A DNA stretch of 57,230 nucleotides. It comes from a bacterium (lineage in GTDB: Bacteria > Spirochaetota > Spirochaetia > Sphaerochaetales > Sphaerochaetaceae). The position numbers and the translations under genes are program-made. The notes beneath the pieces were generated by a model. It was given only the letters and a program-made list of their open reading frames with translations, was not told the DNA's origin and did not search any database. Positions 26,847 through 37,700 of this stretch are shown here, in pieces. Within the stretch, counting starts at the first letter, position 1. Every line of letters begins with the position of its first letter. The stretch lies in the NCBI GenBank assembly GCA_963609725.1, contig CAVDLI010000001.1, positions 1 through 57,230 of the forward strand, written 5' to 3'.

Positions 26847-27560
26847 TTACTTTGTCTCTACAGCATCATCAAGAACAGTCTCAGGAGCTTTCTTTACGAG
26901 AAGTCCTGCATCATCTTTCTTGACTCTGTCGTAGATTTCACCATTGAAAATCCAAACCTTGACGCCAATAGCACCAAAAGATGTATTTGCAACAGCAAAA
27001 CCATAATCAATGTCACTTCTAAGTGTATGAAGAGGAATTCTTCCCTCTTTCATCCATTCAGAACGTGCAATTTCAGCTCCACCGAGACGGCCGGAAACTC
27101 TAATCTTAATACCTTGAACGCCAGCTGCCATAGCTTTTGAAATAGCTGTCTTCATAGCTCTCTTGTATGCTGTACGTCCAACAATTTGTTTCGCGACACT
27201 CTGTGCAATAAGCTGAGCATCTTTCTCGCCATGTTCAATACTCTTAATCTTTACTTGAACCTTTTTGGTTGAACACTTTTGAAGTTGCTCACAAATTTTC
27301 TCGATGTTGGCACCCTTTGTGCCAATAATGACACCTGGGCGGTTTGTACTAATAAGAACAGTTACACGCTGAGGCTTTCTGCTGATCTCAATGTCAGAGA
27401 TCTCGGCACCCTGAACTTCAGGACACTTGAGCAGAGCCTTGCGGAGCTGAAGATCCTCGTGCAGAGTCTCTGCATATTCTCTTGGATCTACATACCACTT
27501 TGACTTCCAGGTCTTGTTGACTCCCAGACGGAATCCTATTGGATTAACTTTCTGACCCAT
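26847..27560 (-). CDS. rpsC: 30S ribosomal protein S3
   Basis: 237 aa, MGQKVNPIGFRLGVNKTW..., with a KH domain. Confidence 0.96.
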   Translation of the reverse strand: MGQKVNPIGFRLGVNKTWKSKWYVDPREYAETLHEDLQLRKALLKCPEVQGAEISDIEISRKPQRVTVLISTNRPGVIIGTKGANIEKICEQLQKCSTKKVQVKIKSIEHGEKDAQLIAQSVAKQIVGRTAYKRAMKTAISKAMAAGVQGIKIRVSGRLGGAEIARSEWMKEGRIPLHTLRSDIDYGFAVANTSFGAIGVKVWIFNGEIYDRVKKDDAGLLVKKAPETVLDDAVETK

Positions 27561-27564
27561 TTAC

Positions 27565-27915
27565 TCACTCCTCAACGATTTCGCTGACTTCAACGGTTAT
27601 GTGAGACATTCTCTTCAAAAGAATGTCACGCTTTCCGTGGGATCTTGCCCATACTCTCTTAAGCATTGGACCGCCATCGACACAAATCTTTGAAACTTCA
27701 AGCTGGCTTTCGTCAAGCTTGTTGTTCTTATACATAGCATTTGCACCGGCGCTCTCAAGAACCTTAAGAATAAGACGAGCACCTTTTTGAGGCATTGCAT
27801 TAAGGATTCCATATGCCTCCTCATAGCTCTTGCCCCTTACCAGATCCGCTACAGGGCGGACTTTAGAAGGAGAGACCATGAGATACTTAGCACAAGCTCT
27901 ATAAGTTGTTGCCAT
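27565..27915 (-). CDS. rplV: 50S ribosomal protein L22
   Basis: 116 aa. GAGGAGG SD. Confidence 0.94.
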   Translation of the reverse strand: MATTYRACAKYLMVSPSKVRPVADLVRGKSYEEAYGILNAMPQKGARLILKVLESAGANAMYKNNKLDESQLEVSKICVDGGPMLKRVWARSHGKRDILLKRMSHITVEVSEIVEE

Positions 27916-27926
27916 AATTTACCTCC

Positions 27927-28199
27927 TCAAGCCTTCTTGTCCGAACCGGAGTGTCCACGGAACATTCTAGTTGGCGCAAACTCACCAAGTTTATGACCAA
28001 CAAGGTTTTCCGTTACGAAAACTGGTATCCAAGTTTTTCCGTTATAAACAGAAATTGTAAAACCTACCATATCAGGAATAATTGTCGAACTTCTTGAGAA
28101 AGTCTTAATCATATCCTTATGGCCTGCGTTGTTTGAAGCTTCGACTCTTTTGAGGAGCTTAGGTTCCACAAAAGGTCCTTTTTTAATTGATCTAGCCAC
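27927..28199 (-). CDS. rpsS: 30S ribosomal protein S19
   Basis: 90 aa, (M)[10 protein letters not shown]... The start codon is GTG at 28199, with GGAG 7 nt upstream. Confidence 0.95.
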   Translation of the reverse strand: MARSIKKGPFVEPKLLKRVEASNNAGHKDMIKTFSRSSTIIPDMVGFTISVYNGKTWIPVFVTENLVGHKLGEFAPTRMFRGHSGSDKKA

Positions 28200-28209
28200 G
28201 TTCCAACTC

Positions 28210-29034
28210 CTACTTGCGCTTCTTCACGATGAATTTGCCCGAAGGTTTCTTCTTTGAACGAGTCTTGGCACCCTTGGTTGGTTTACCCCAAGGAGTTACC
28301 GGATGACGTCCAGCTGCGGTCTTTCCTTCACCACCACCATGTGGGTGATCAACTGGGTTCATGACAACACCACGAACCTTTGGTCTCTTTCCAAGGTGTC
28401 TACTTGCACCGGCCTTACCCAAAGACACGTTCATGTGATCTTCATTACCCAAGAAACCGATTGTGGCATAGCACTCACCAAAAACCATTCTCATCTCGCC
28501 AGAAGGCAGGCGAAGAGTAACATAGTCGCCTTCCTTAGCAATAATAGTGGCTCCAAGACCAGCACTGCGGACAAGCTGTCCACCACGGCCTAATGTGAGT
28601 TCAACATTGTGTACTGTGAGACCAAGGGGAATGTTTTTAAGAGGAAGTGAACATCCTGCCTTAAGAGGAGCTGTAGGTCCACTTAAAACAGTAGAACCAA
28701 CTGTAAGTCCCTTTGGAGCAAGAATGTAACGCTTTTCTCCGTCTGCATAGAACACTAATGCAATATTTGCACTGCGGTTAGGATCATATTCAATTGTTTT
28801 GACTGTGCCAGGGATTCCATACTTGTCACGTTTGAAATCGATGATTCTATAAGCACGTTTGTGTCCACCGCCTCTTCTACGAACGCTTATACGTCCAAAA
28901 GAGTCACGTCCAGCTGTTCTGTTAAGGCTTGTTGTAAGAGACTTCTCTGGTTTTTGAGCCGTAACATCACTTCTGATAAGGACAGTCCTCTGACGGAGGC
29001 CAGGTGTATTTGGTTTATAACTCTTCAATGCCAT
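28210..29034 (-). CDS. rplB: 50S ribosomal protein L2
   Basis: 274 aa with ...[15 protein letters not shown]... Confidence 0.97.
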   Translation of the reverse strand: MALKSYKPNTPGLRQRTVLIRSDVTAQKPEKSLTTSLNRTAGRDSFGRISVRRRGGGHKRAYRIIDFKRDKYGIPGTVKTIEYDPNRSANIALVFYADGEKRYILAPKGLTVGSTVLSGPTAPLKAGCSLPLKNIPLGLTVHNVELTLGRGGQLVRSAGLGATIIAKEGDYVTLRLPSGEMRMVFGECYATIGFLGNEDHMNVSLGKAGASRHLGKRPKVRGVVMNPVDHPHGGGEGKTAAGRHPVTPWGKPTKGAKTRSKKKPSGKFIVKKRK

Positions 29035-29045
29035 ACTCCGTCTCC

Positions 29046-29348
29046 TTATACGCTCTCAATTGCATCAATCGCTTCGCCTTTTGACAAAGTGACAATCGCC
29101 TTCTTCCAGCTAGAAGTGTAGCCCTTAATATAACCACCCTTTCCTCTGGAGAACTTTGGCTTTCCAGCCATATTCATAACATTGCAAGCTGTAGGATTAA
29201 CCTTAAAGATTTCCTTAACTGCATTCATGACTTCGAACTTATTAGCTCTAGGATCAACCTTGAATGTATATTTCTTGCATTCCAATTCACGAACAATGTT
29301 TGATTTTTCACTCAGAATTGGTTCAATGATTACTTGATCTGCTCTCAT
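29046..29348 (-). CDS. rplW: 50S ribosomal protein L23
   Basis: 100 aa. Lies between rplD and rplB. Confidence 0.93.
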   Translation of the reverse strand: MRADQVIIEPILSEKSNIVRELECKKYTFKVDPRANKFEVMNAVKEIFKVNPTACNVMNMAGKPKFSRGKGGYIKGYTSSWKKAIVTLSKGEAIDAIESV

Positions 29349-29359
29349 CTCATCACCTC

Positions 29360-29986
29360 TTAGTCGCCATAGAACTCATTAAGGTTCTTTGCTGCAGTCT
29401 CAAGCATGATGACTTTTCTTCCATAAAGGAGTTCTTTTGCAGAAAGCTTGTCATAAGCTAAAACATGCAGGTATGGGATGTTCCTTGCGGCACGGCGGAG
29501 CATTGAATCATCATCTTTCATGATGAGAACTGTTCTCTTCCCGTCCTCAACGAAATTTTTGAGAATTCCAGCAAGTGTCTTTGTCTTCCCATCTTCACTT
29601 GTAAAATCCTCAACCAAAACCAAGCGCTCTTCCTGAACAGAAAGAGAAAGAAGTGATTTCATTGCCAGGCGCTTCACTTTCTTTGGAAGTGTATAGCTGT
29701 AATCCTTTGGTCTTGGTCCAAAAATTGTTCCGCCACCAACCATAATTGGGGACTTCTTGTCACCTCTTCTGGCATTACCAGTTCCCTTCTGCTTGAAAGG
29801 CTTAGTATTGCTGTAGTTAACTTCTGCACGTGTTTTTGTGCATGCGGTACCAACACGGCGGTTGGCAAGCTCGTTGTTTACAGCGTGATAAATTGAGCCA
29901 TTACTAACTTCAATACCAAAAACATCAGCATTGAGTTCAATGGACCTGATTTCTTTGCCGTTTGTAGAAAAAACTTTTGCTTCCAT
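29360..29986 (-). CDS. rplD: 50S ribosomal protein L4
   Basis: The track start at 29992 is GTG; ATG 29986 gives MEAKVFSTNGKE... Core motif KQKGTGNARRGD. Confidence 0.94.
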   Translation of the reverse strand: MEAKVFSTNGKEIRSIELNADVFGIEVSNGSIYHAVNNELANRRVGTACTKTRAEVNYSNTKPFKQKGTGNARRGDKKSPIMVGGGTIFGPRPKDYSYTLPKKVKRLAMKSLLSLSVQEERLVLVEDFTSEDGKTKTLAGILKNFVEDGKRTVLIMKDDDSMLRRAARNIPYLHVLAYDKLSAKELLYGRKVIMLETAAKNLNEFYGD

Positions 29987-29996
29987 AATCACGCCC

Positions 29997-30611
29997 CTAC
30001 TTCTTTACCGCTTTTTTAACAACGACAACGCTCTGTGCAGGACCAGGGATTGCTCCCTTGACCATGAGAACCTGAAGATTCTCATCTACACGAACAACTC
30101 TGAGATTTTGAACAGTTACTCTTTCAAATCCCATATGTCCAGCCATCTTCTTACCTTTGAAGGTTCTTGATGGGTCTGATGACATTGCCGTACCTCCAAG
30201 ATCTCTATGGAACTTGGAACCGTGGGTTGCACGTCCGCCACCAAAACCATGACGTTTCATACCACCCTGATAGCCTTTACCTTTGGAAGTTCCTGTAACA
30301 TCTACAAATCTGATGTCTTTGAACAGGTCAACCCCAAGAACATCTCCAACTTGAACTTCCTTGTCATAATCACGGAACTCCATGAGAGTCTTTAATGGAT
30401 TACCATTGAACTGTCCGGCATATGGCTTTGTTGCGCGGTTGGCTTTCATTTCGCCAGAACCAAGAACTGCAGCATTGTAACCGTTCTTATCCTCAGTTCT
30501 TTCCGCAACAACTACGTTGCCTTCAACTTTAATGACAGTGACCGGTGTAAGTTTTCCGTTCTCATCAAACACCTGTGTCATGCCAACTTTCTTTCCGATA
30601 AGCCCTAACAT
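29997..30611 (-). CDS. rplC: 50S ribosomal protein L3
   Basis: 204 aa, [19 protein letters not shown]... Confidence 0.96.
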   Translation of the reverse strand: MLGLIGKKVGMTQVFDENGKLTPVTVIKVEGNVVVAERTEDKNGYNAAVLGSGEMKANRATKPYAGQFNGNPLKTLMEFRDYDKEVQVGDVLGVDLFKDIRFVDVTGTSKGKGYQGGMKRHGFGGGRATHGSKFHRDLGGTAMSSDPSRTFKGKKMAGHMGFERVTVQNLRVVRVDENLQVLMVKGAIPGPAQSVVVVKKAVKK

Positions 30612-30622
30612 CTCTTACCTCA

Positions 30623-30931
30623 TTACTGCTTTATCTCTACATCAACACCAGCAGGGAGCTCAAGTTTCATAAGAGCTTCCATAACCTTGTCTGTAGGATC
30701 CAAGATATCAATCAACCTCTTGTGGGTTCTCATTTCAAACTGTTCGCGAGATTTTTTATTTACGAACGGTGACTTCAAAACAGTGATCTTATTAATGCGG
30801 GTTGGGAGAGGTACTGGACCAGAGACCTTTGCTCCAGCCTTAACAACTGTTTGTACAATAGACATTGCGCTCTGCTCTACAAGCTCAACATCAAAACCTC
30901 TCAGTCTAACGCGAATTCTATCGTTAGCCAT
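30623..30931 (-). CDS. rpsJ: 30S ribosomal protein S10
   Basis: ORF 30623..30985 trimmed to ATG 30931 ([14 protein letters not shown]), which has a GGAGGAAAA SD. Confidence 0.96.
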   Translation of the reverse strand: MANDRIRVRLRGFDVELVEQSAMSIVQTVVKAGAKVSGPVPLPTRINKITVLKSPFVNKKSREQFEMRTHKRLIDILDPTDKVMEALMKLELPAGVDVEIKQ

Positions 30932-30996
30932 TTTTCCTCCAAAAAAATCAGGTCTTGCCCAGAGGCTTAACCCTAGGCAAGACATTCGAAATTAAA

Positions 30997-32187
30997 TTAC
31001 TCGAGAATCTCAGTTACCTGACCAGATGCAACAGTTCTTCCACCTTCACGAATAGCGAAGCGAAGACCCTTGTCCATTGCAACTGGGTGAATAAGTTCAA
31101 CAATAAGGCTGGTATGATCACCAGGCATGACCATGTGGACACCCTCTGGAAGGCTTACTGTACCAGTGACGTCAGTTGTTCTGAAATAGAACTGAGGTCT
31201 GTAACCAGCAACGAATGCACTGTGACGACCACCCTCTTCCTTAGAAAGAACATAAACTGTTCCAATAAACTTTGTATGAGGAGTAATCGATTTTGGTTTT
31301 GCAAGAACCTGTCCTCTGACAACTTCTTTCTTATCAACACCTCTGAGAAGAGCACCAATGTTATCACCAGCTTGTCCTTCATCAAGAAGTTTATTGAACA
31401 TCTCAACACCAGTAACGACTGTGTCGCGTGTTTCACGAATACCAACAATTTGAACAGGATCGTTAACATGAATAACACCACGTTCAATTCTACCAGTAAC
31501 AACAGTTCCACGGCCAGAAATAGAGAAGATGTCTTCAATTGGCATAAGGAATGGAAGGTCTGTAGCTCTTGCAGGAAGTGGAATATAAGAATCCATTGCC
31601 TGGAGAAGCTCTTCAATGCACTTTGTTGCTTCTGGGTTATCTGGCTCTGTCATAGCCTTGTATGCAGATCCTTTGATAACTGGGCAGTTAGCACCATCAA
31701 AACCATAGCTTGTAAGAAGATCTCTCATTTCTTCTTCAACGAGGTCACCAAGCTCTGGGTCATCAATCTGGTCCATCTTGTTAATGAAAACAATGATTGC
31801 AGGTACACCAACCTGTCTTGCAAGAAGAATGTGTTCTCTTGTCTGAGCCTTAGCACCATCATCAGCAGCAACAACAATAATTGCACCGTCCATCTGAGCA
31901 GCACCAGTAATCATATTCTTGATGTAGTCTGCGTGTCCCGGACAGTCAACGTGAGCATAGTGTCTGTTGTCAGACTGATACTCAACGTGTCTTGTGTTGA
32001 TGGTTATTCCTCTAGCTTTCTCTTCTGGGGCGTTGTCAATTTCGTCATAATTCATGACTTTGTCGCCGTACTTTCTTGCGCAATACTGTGTGATTGCAGC
32101 TGTGAGAGTTGTTTTACCGTGGTCAACGTGACCAATAGTACCAACGTTCACGTGTGGCTTGGTTCTCTCAAACTTCTCTTTAGCCAT
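30997..32187 (-). CDS. tuf: Elongation factor Tu
   Basis: ORF 30997..32214 trimmed to ATG 32187 ([27 protein letters not shown]), with GGAGG 5 nt upstream. Motifs DCPGHADY and NKMD. Confidence 0.97.
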   Translation of the reverse strand: MAKEKFERTKPHVNVGTIGHVDHGKTTLTAAITQYCARKYGDKVMNYDEIDNAPEEKARGITINTRHVEYQSDNRHYAHVDCPGHADYIKNMITGAAQMDGAIIVVAADDGAKAQTREHILLARQVGVPAIIVFINKMDQIDDPELGDLVEEEMRDLLTSYGFDGANCPVIKGSAYKAMTEPDNPEATKCIEELLQAMDSYIPLPARATDLPFLMPIEDIFSISGRGTVVTGRIERGVIHVNDPVQIVGIRETRDTVVTGVEMFNKLLDEGQAGDNIGALLRGVDKKEVVRGQVLAKPKSITPHTKFIGTVYVLSKEEGGRHSAFVAGYRPQFYFRTTDVTGTVSLPEGVHMVMPGDHTSLIVELIHPVAMDKGLRFAIREGGRTVASGQVTEILE

Positions 32188-32478
32188 CATGTCCTCCTTG
32201 TGACCTTTTGTCACAAATCCAATAAAAAAATAAGAATGTGCTCTAAAGGCACAAAGCCTTTACCAACTTACCATCGAGACAAACCTATACTATTTCATGA
32301 GTTATTAAAAAGAAGGAATCCAGAGGTCGAAAGCCCAACGTCTTGGGAACCGACATAGCACAAGTTGCAAAAACCGTGTTTCTGGAACCACCTTATCACC
32401 CCTAAAATGATTGGTTTGGCTCTAGAATCTCGTCTATAAGGTACTTTTAGGGCATACCCATGACAAGACACCTTGGCT

Positions 32479-32508
32479 AATATATTCCAAAAAGTGTTTT
32501 TATGTCAA
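32479..32508 (-). promoter_or_regulatory. Candidate sigma70 promoter for tuf and the S10 cluster (TTGACA-18 nt-TATATT)
   Basis: Minus strand reads TTGACA (32508-32503), an 18-nt spacer, then TATATT (32484-32479). This implies a 5' leader of about 285 nt before the tuf ATG. Confidence 0.4.
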
Positions 32509-32552
32509 GCACCGTATAAAAATTAAATAATTTATTTCACATTAAGAAATTA

Positions 32553-33245
32553 TCAAAAAGTCAAATAATTAGTCATAAACGAGTCAAAACAATCATGAAT
32601 AACTCTTTGACCTTTCTCATTTGGATGAATACCGTCTATGCACATAAGGTCTTCGCTTCTTTCACTGTCAAATGCATCTCTCAAATCAACTAGTGGGATA
32701 TCTCTTCCTGCTGCGATTCCCTTGATAGCATCGGAATATACTTGCTGGAAATGAGCTATTCTTTCAATGTCACCAAGCCAGCTCAAGACCTTTTCTTTTG
32801 CAAGATTCAATGTTTTACAAAACCAATTGAAATATTTTTCGCTCTGCACTGGCACAAGCGTAGTAATAACAGGTTTAGTTCCTCTTGCCACAGCAGCATC
32901 CAACATTGTCTCATATGTGCCAATGAAAGTACTTATATCAGTATTAGGGTCATGCACTTCTAATGGACGGTCGTTAATCTCTTTCCACTTGAAATCACAA
33001 TCGTTGCCCCCAAAGTCCATAAAAGCAACCTCTGGAACATCACGAGAAAATTTTTTCTTAGCAAAATCCCAAGCCTTAGTCACAGTACAACCAAACTTAC
33101 TATGGTTTTCCAATGTAAGGCCGGCTCTTTCTGCAATCATGCTAAAACCAATATCATCACACACTATATATTTATTAGAACTTTCTTCCAGTCTGATACC
33201 CTTGAGAATAGAATCACCTAAAATGCAAAGCTTTCCGTTGCTCAT
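32553..33245 (-). CDS. SGNH/GDSL-family hydrolase (esterase/lipase-like)
   Basis: ORF trimmed to ATG 33245 (MSNGKLCILGDSILKG), which has a GAGGAGGAAG SD. SGNH blocks I (GDS), III (FGGNDC) and V (DGIHPN) are present. Confidence 0.8.
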   Translation of the reverse strand: MSNGKLCILGDSILKGIRLEESSNKYIVCDDIGFSMIAERAGLTLENHSKFGCTVTKAWDFAKKKFSRDVPEVAFMDFGGNDCDFKWKEINDRPLEVHDPNTDISTFIGTYETMLDAAVARGTKPVITTLVPVQSEKYFNWFCKTLNLAKEKVLSWLGDIERIAHFQQVYSDAIKGIAAGRDIPLVDLRDAFDSERSEDLMCIDGIHPNEKGQRVIHDCFDSFMTNYLTF

Positions 33246-33333
33246 ATTCTTCCTCCTCAATTTATGTGCTTAATGCTTAGCACCAAAAACGGGATCTGAA
33301 AATAGCAATTTTTATTCATTTTGCCTTTTAGCC

Positions 33334-33379
33334 AACTATAACCCCTAATAGTTAACGCTAACTATGAGAGTTATAACTC
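33334..33379. promoter_or_regulatory. Cluster of inverted repeats built on the half-site AACTAT/ATAGTT (operator-like)
   Basis: AACTAT-N8-ATAGTT, TAGTTA-ACGC-TAACTA and the palindrome AGTTATAACT all fall within 46 nt, about 90-130 nt upstream of the SGNH hydrolase ATG. Confidence 0.35.
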
Positions 33380-33449
33380 ATTTGCATATATAAAGATACA
33401 AACAGAGTAATGGAAAATAGGCAATTGAAGGAAATTTAGAAGTTTTTGC

Positions 33450-33534
33450 GAAACCCTATTTAGATGAAACCCTCTTTAGATAAAAACCCCTTTAGATAAA
33501 ACCTATTTGAAGAAGAGAAAACCCTCTCTAGATA
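33450..33534. repeat. Five tandem degenerate copies of a ~16-17-nt unit (GAAACCCTYTTTAGATA)
   Basis: Units at 33450-33465, 33466-33482, 33483-33498, 33499-33517 (degenerate) and 33518-33534. The array abuts the rpsG terminator. Confidence 0.75.
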
Positions 33535-33563
33535 AAAAAAGACCCAGAGCTGAATCTGGGTCT
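33534..33563 (-). terminator. Intrinsic terminator after rpsG
   Basis: Minus strand reads AGACCCAGA-TTCAGC-TCTGGGTCT (9-bp perfect stem) followed by TTTTTTTAT. Confidence 0.85.
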
Positions 33564-33589
33564 TGCAAGAAACAATTTCAAAAATGAAA

Positions 33590-34060
33590 TTAGAATCTGA
33601 TGTGACTGAAAGCCTTGTTGGCTTCTGCCATTCTGTGCATATCTTCCTTCTTCTTGAAGGCTGAACCAGTATTGGCATAAGCATCAAGCATTTCTGCTGC
33701 AAGTTTTTCGCTCATAGATTTTCCAGAGCGTCCGCGAGCTGCAGCAATAATCCAACGCATAGCAAGAGCTTCACGTCTTGGCTCACGAATCTCGGTAGGA
33801 ACTTGGTAAGTTGCTCCACCAACTCTCTTTGATTTTACTTCAACAACAGGCTTGACGTTATCAAGAGCCTTGTTAAAAACATCAAGAGGTGCATCACCAG
33901 TCTTCTCGCCCATAATCTTCATTGCATCATAAAGAATGCGTGTGCTGACAGATTTCTTTCCATCAAGCATCATGCGATTAATGAACTTTTCGACGACAAC
34001 GCTATTGTATACTGAATCCGGAAGGACTTCTCTAACAGGTGCATTAGTTCTTCTTGACAT
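33590..34060 (-). CDS. rpsG: 30S ribosomal protein S7
   Basis: 156 aa, [20 protein letters not shown]... Confidence 0.96.
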   Translation of the reverse strand: MSRRTNAPVREVLPDSVYNSVVVEKFINRMMLDGKKSVSTRILYDAMKIMGEKTGDAPLDVFNKALDNVKPVVEVKSKRVGGATYQVPTEIREPRREALAMRWIIAAARGRSGKSMSEKLAAEMLDAYANTGSAFKKKEDMHRMAEANKAFSHIRF

Positions 34061-34075
34061 AAAGATACCTCCTCA

Positions 34076-34450
34076 TCAAGCCTTTGGCTTCTTTGTACCG
34101 TACTTGGAGCGGCTTCTCTTTCTGTCTGTGACACCCTGAGTATCTTTAGTACCACGAATGATGTGATAACGTACACCAGGAAGGTCCTTTACTCTTCCAC
34201 CACGAATCAGGACAACAGAGTGCTCCTGAAGGTTGTGACCAATACCAGGAATGTAAGCTGTTACTTCAATGCCATTGGAGAGACGAACACGAGCAACCTT
34301 TCTCAAAGCTGAGTTAGGTTTTTTAGGTGTTACAGTCATAACCTTTGTGCAAACACCACGTTTTTGTGGGCAGCCGTCCAATGCAGGAGACTTGGTCTTG
34401 TGTGTAACCTTTGAACGACCTTTTCTGATCAGTTGGTTAATTGTAGGCAT
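34076..34450 (-). CDS. rpsL: 30S ribosomal protein S12
   Basis: ORF trimmed to ATG 34450 ([12 protein letters not shown]), with GAGGAG 7 nt upstream. Motif [10 protein letters not shown]. Confidence 0.97.
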   Translation of the reverse strand: MPTINQLIRKGRSKVTHKTKSPALDGCPQKRGVCTKVMTVTPKKPNSALRKVARVRLSNGIEVTAYIPGIGHNLQEHSVVLIRGGRVKDLPGVRYHIIRGTKDTQGVTDRKRSRSKYGTKKPKA

Positions 34451-34713
34451 TATGCTACTCCTCACCGTATACGACGCTTCCAGAAAGAAATCTTAAACAA
34501 GATTTCACTGGAACAACTGCCGTGTACGCAAATAAGCCATCCATACGGATGACAACAAGCTACATCAAGGATGATTTTTCTACACCCTCTAAGATTTGAA
34601 AACAAATCCTAAAGGAACTTCCAAAAATTCTAAAACCTTTGAAAGCTCCTTCTATAGCCAATTTTATCTCAAACCGGGTTCAGCTCGTTAAGAAGATAAC
34701 TTAGAAGTAAAAT

Positions 34714-37700
34714 TTACTCCTCATCTCCAGCAAAATCATCGCTAGAGTAATCATCATCTTCTTCACCACCGGTCGACATACCAGCAAGCTCTTCAATATC
34801 ATCAAAGTCTTCCTGAGCTCTTGCACTCATTACAGACTCAACTCTATCACTAAGAGCCAATGCGTCTTCGTCTTTAAGTTTGACATCTCTGTAGCACTTC
34901 ATACCAGTACCAGCTGGGATGAGGTGTCCAATGATGACATTCTCTTTAAGACCACGCAACTCATCTCTACTACCAGCAATTGCAGCATTTGTCAAGACTT
35001 TAGTAGTCTCTTGGAATGATGCAGCACTAATAAATGAGTCAATAGACAAGGAAGCGTTAGTAATACCCAGCATGCAAGGTCTTGCAATTGCCGGCTGACC
35101 GCCTTCTGCCATAACTCTAGAGTTCTCCTCATGGAACTTGAATTTATCTACTTTTTGACCAAGGATAAACTTAGTATCTCCAACTTTGAGAATTTCAACT
35201 TTTCTGAGCATTTGTCTTACAACAATACCAAGGTGCTTATCGTTGATGTCAACGCCCTGAAGTCTGTAAACTTCTTGAACTTCATTAAGTAGGAATTGCT
35301 GAAGGCTGTTTTCTCCAGAAATTGCCAAAATGTCATGTGGGTCAATATTTCCATCACACAAGCGCTCTGCTGCTTCTACATGGTCGCCTTCTCTAACGAG
35401 AATATGTTTTCCAAGAAGAATGAGATGTTTGTATTCTTTACCAAATTCATCAGTAACAATAACAACTCTCTTCCCTTTGACAACAGGACCAAATTTGACA
35501 ACACCACTTGCTTGAGCAAGAATTGCAACGTTTCTTGGTTTTCTAGCTTCAAAGAGCTCTCCAACTCTTGGAAGACCACCAGTAATATCCTTAGTTTTGA
35601 CGCTAGCCATGAGAAGTCTTGCAACAACTTGCCCTTTCTTGACCATCTCTCCATCTCCAACCTGAATGTATGAAGAACCTGGAAGAAGATAGGAAGCCAA
35701 GACATTGTTATTGGAATCAACAATCTCAAGTTTTGGTTCAACATTCTCAAGAGAATGGTCAGTAACTCTATATCCAATGATACCAGTTTCTTCGTTAACT
35801 TCTTTAAGAAGAGTAGTTCCCAAAGTAAGATCAACGTACCTAACCATACCATCGTATTCAGAAATAATTGGCTCTGAGAATGGGTCAAATGTCATAATAG
35901 CATCGCCAGTGCTGACATAAGAATTTTCTTGAACTTTTATTTCTGAACCAGCTCTTGCATCAATTCTTTCTTCTGGACCAAGAATGAGAACTTTATCAGA
36001 AGTTTTCTTTACCAAACCACCTTTTATGCCACAGAAACATTCTTCTTTGCCGTTTGTACAAACAAGAGAGTTTCCTTTGACTTTTGAGCCATCTTCAACA
36101 CCGTCTGCAAACTTTGTCTTTTTGGAATATTCAAACTCCTCAAGAACATGTCTATAGTAAATATAGCCTTTTCTTGTAAGAAGATTTGCACCATCTTCCC
36201 TTACAACAGTGTTGCCTGTAAGTTTTGTTACATACACAGGATGTTTGAAAGTTATGCTATTTTCCTCTGCACTTGTAGAAGCTGTACCACCAACGTGGAA
36301 TGTTCTCATTGTAAGCTGAGTTCCAGGCTGTCCAATAGACTGCGCAGCAATAATACCAACAGCTTCACCAACGCTTACAGGTCTGTTTGTAGCAAGGTTT
36401 CTACCATAACACTTCTGACATACGCCATGCTTTGCTTCACACGTAAGAACAGTTCTTACAAGAACGCCCTCAACGCCAGCTTCTTCAATAAGTTTTGCTT
36501 CCTCGTCAGTTATCTCGTGGTCAATTGGAACAATAACTTCTCCAGTGTTTGGATTTAGAACATTCTCAAGAGTATAATGTCCCGTAATTCTATCTGCCAA
36601 TGGAACTATAATATCATCACCATCTTTAATAGCAGTTCTTACAATACCATTGATTGTTCCACAATCTTCCATGTTAATAACAACATCTTGAGAAATATCA
36701 ACAAGTCTTCTTGTGAGGTAACCAGCTTCAGCTGTCTTAAGAGCTGTATCTGAAAGGCCTTTTCTTGCACCGTTTGTTGAAATAAAGAATTCAATAATTG
36801 AAAGCCCCTCTTTGAAGTTGGACTTAATTGGGAATTCAATAATATCTCCATTTGGTTTTGACATAAGACCACGCATACCACCAAGCTGACGAATCTGTGT
36901 CTTTGAACCTCTAGCACCAGAGTCAGCCATGAGGAACAGAGGGTTAAATCCGTTCTGGCTCTCTTTGAGTTTTGCCATAAGTTCGTCTGCAAGCTGCTCA
37001 TTTGTCTGAGACCAAATATCAATGAGTCTGTTGTAACGTTCTTCCTGAGTAATTTGACCATGGTGATATTGCTCAAGGACCTCGGCCTGTTTTTCATTTG
37101 CTTCTTCAACGAGAGCTGCCTTGGACTCTGGCACTATCATATCAGAAAGCCCAATTGTTGCACCAAAGACGGTTGCATACTTAAATCCAACATCTTTAAT
37201 TGCGTCAACAAGCTTTACAACAACAGAATTAGGACTTGTCTTTAATGCCTGAGTAATTAACTTCTTTAACTCTTTATCGCCAAAGCACTTATTAAAATAT
37301 TCCTTAAAGCCGATACCATTGACTTCTGGCAAAGCATCAAAGAACAAAAGCCTTCCAGGAGTTGTATAATCATCTTCGTTCTTTGGATAAGTAAATCTTG
37401 TGCCATCTGGAAGTGTATAACCAATCTTAGCATTGTAAGAAAGGCTCCCTGCTTCAATTGCCATTTGAATTTCATCCAAGTTATCAAAATAATGACCTTC
37501 ACCTTTGTCATTGTTCTTTGCTCTTGTTAAATAGTTAATTCCAAGAACCATATCTTGAGAAGGATATACAATTGGTTTTCCGTTTGCTGGGTCAAGGAGG
37601 TTTGTAGCACTAAGCATCAAAGTCCAACACTCAAGCTGAGCAGCCTGTGTGAGAGGAACGTGTACTGGCATTTGGTCTCCATCAAAGTCTGCGTTAAAAG

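Noticed and set aside
30955-32358. 467-aa plus-strand ORF, the longest unassigned ORF in the track
   Set aside because: It lies exactly antisense to tuf. Its translation is low-complexity (N/S/C/T-rich) with no recognisable domain, start context or SD. The minus strand encodes a near-perfect EF-Tu. This is a classic shadow ORF in AT-rich DNA.
32215-32552. tRNA genes, tmRNA, SRP RNA or RNase P RNA upstream of tuf
   Set aside because: There is no acceptor/T-arm (GGTTCGAATCC-like) cloverleaf, no SRP domain IV motif, and no tmRNA tRNA-like 3' end. The region is reported instead as an unassigned structured leader.
33450-33534. Possible CRISPR array (also considered for 7389-7487 and 57001-57130)
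   Set aside because: The repeat units are only 11-17 nt, degenerate, and directly abutting without unique spacers. No cas genes are present. These are simple tandem repeats.
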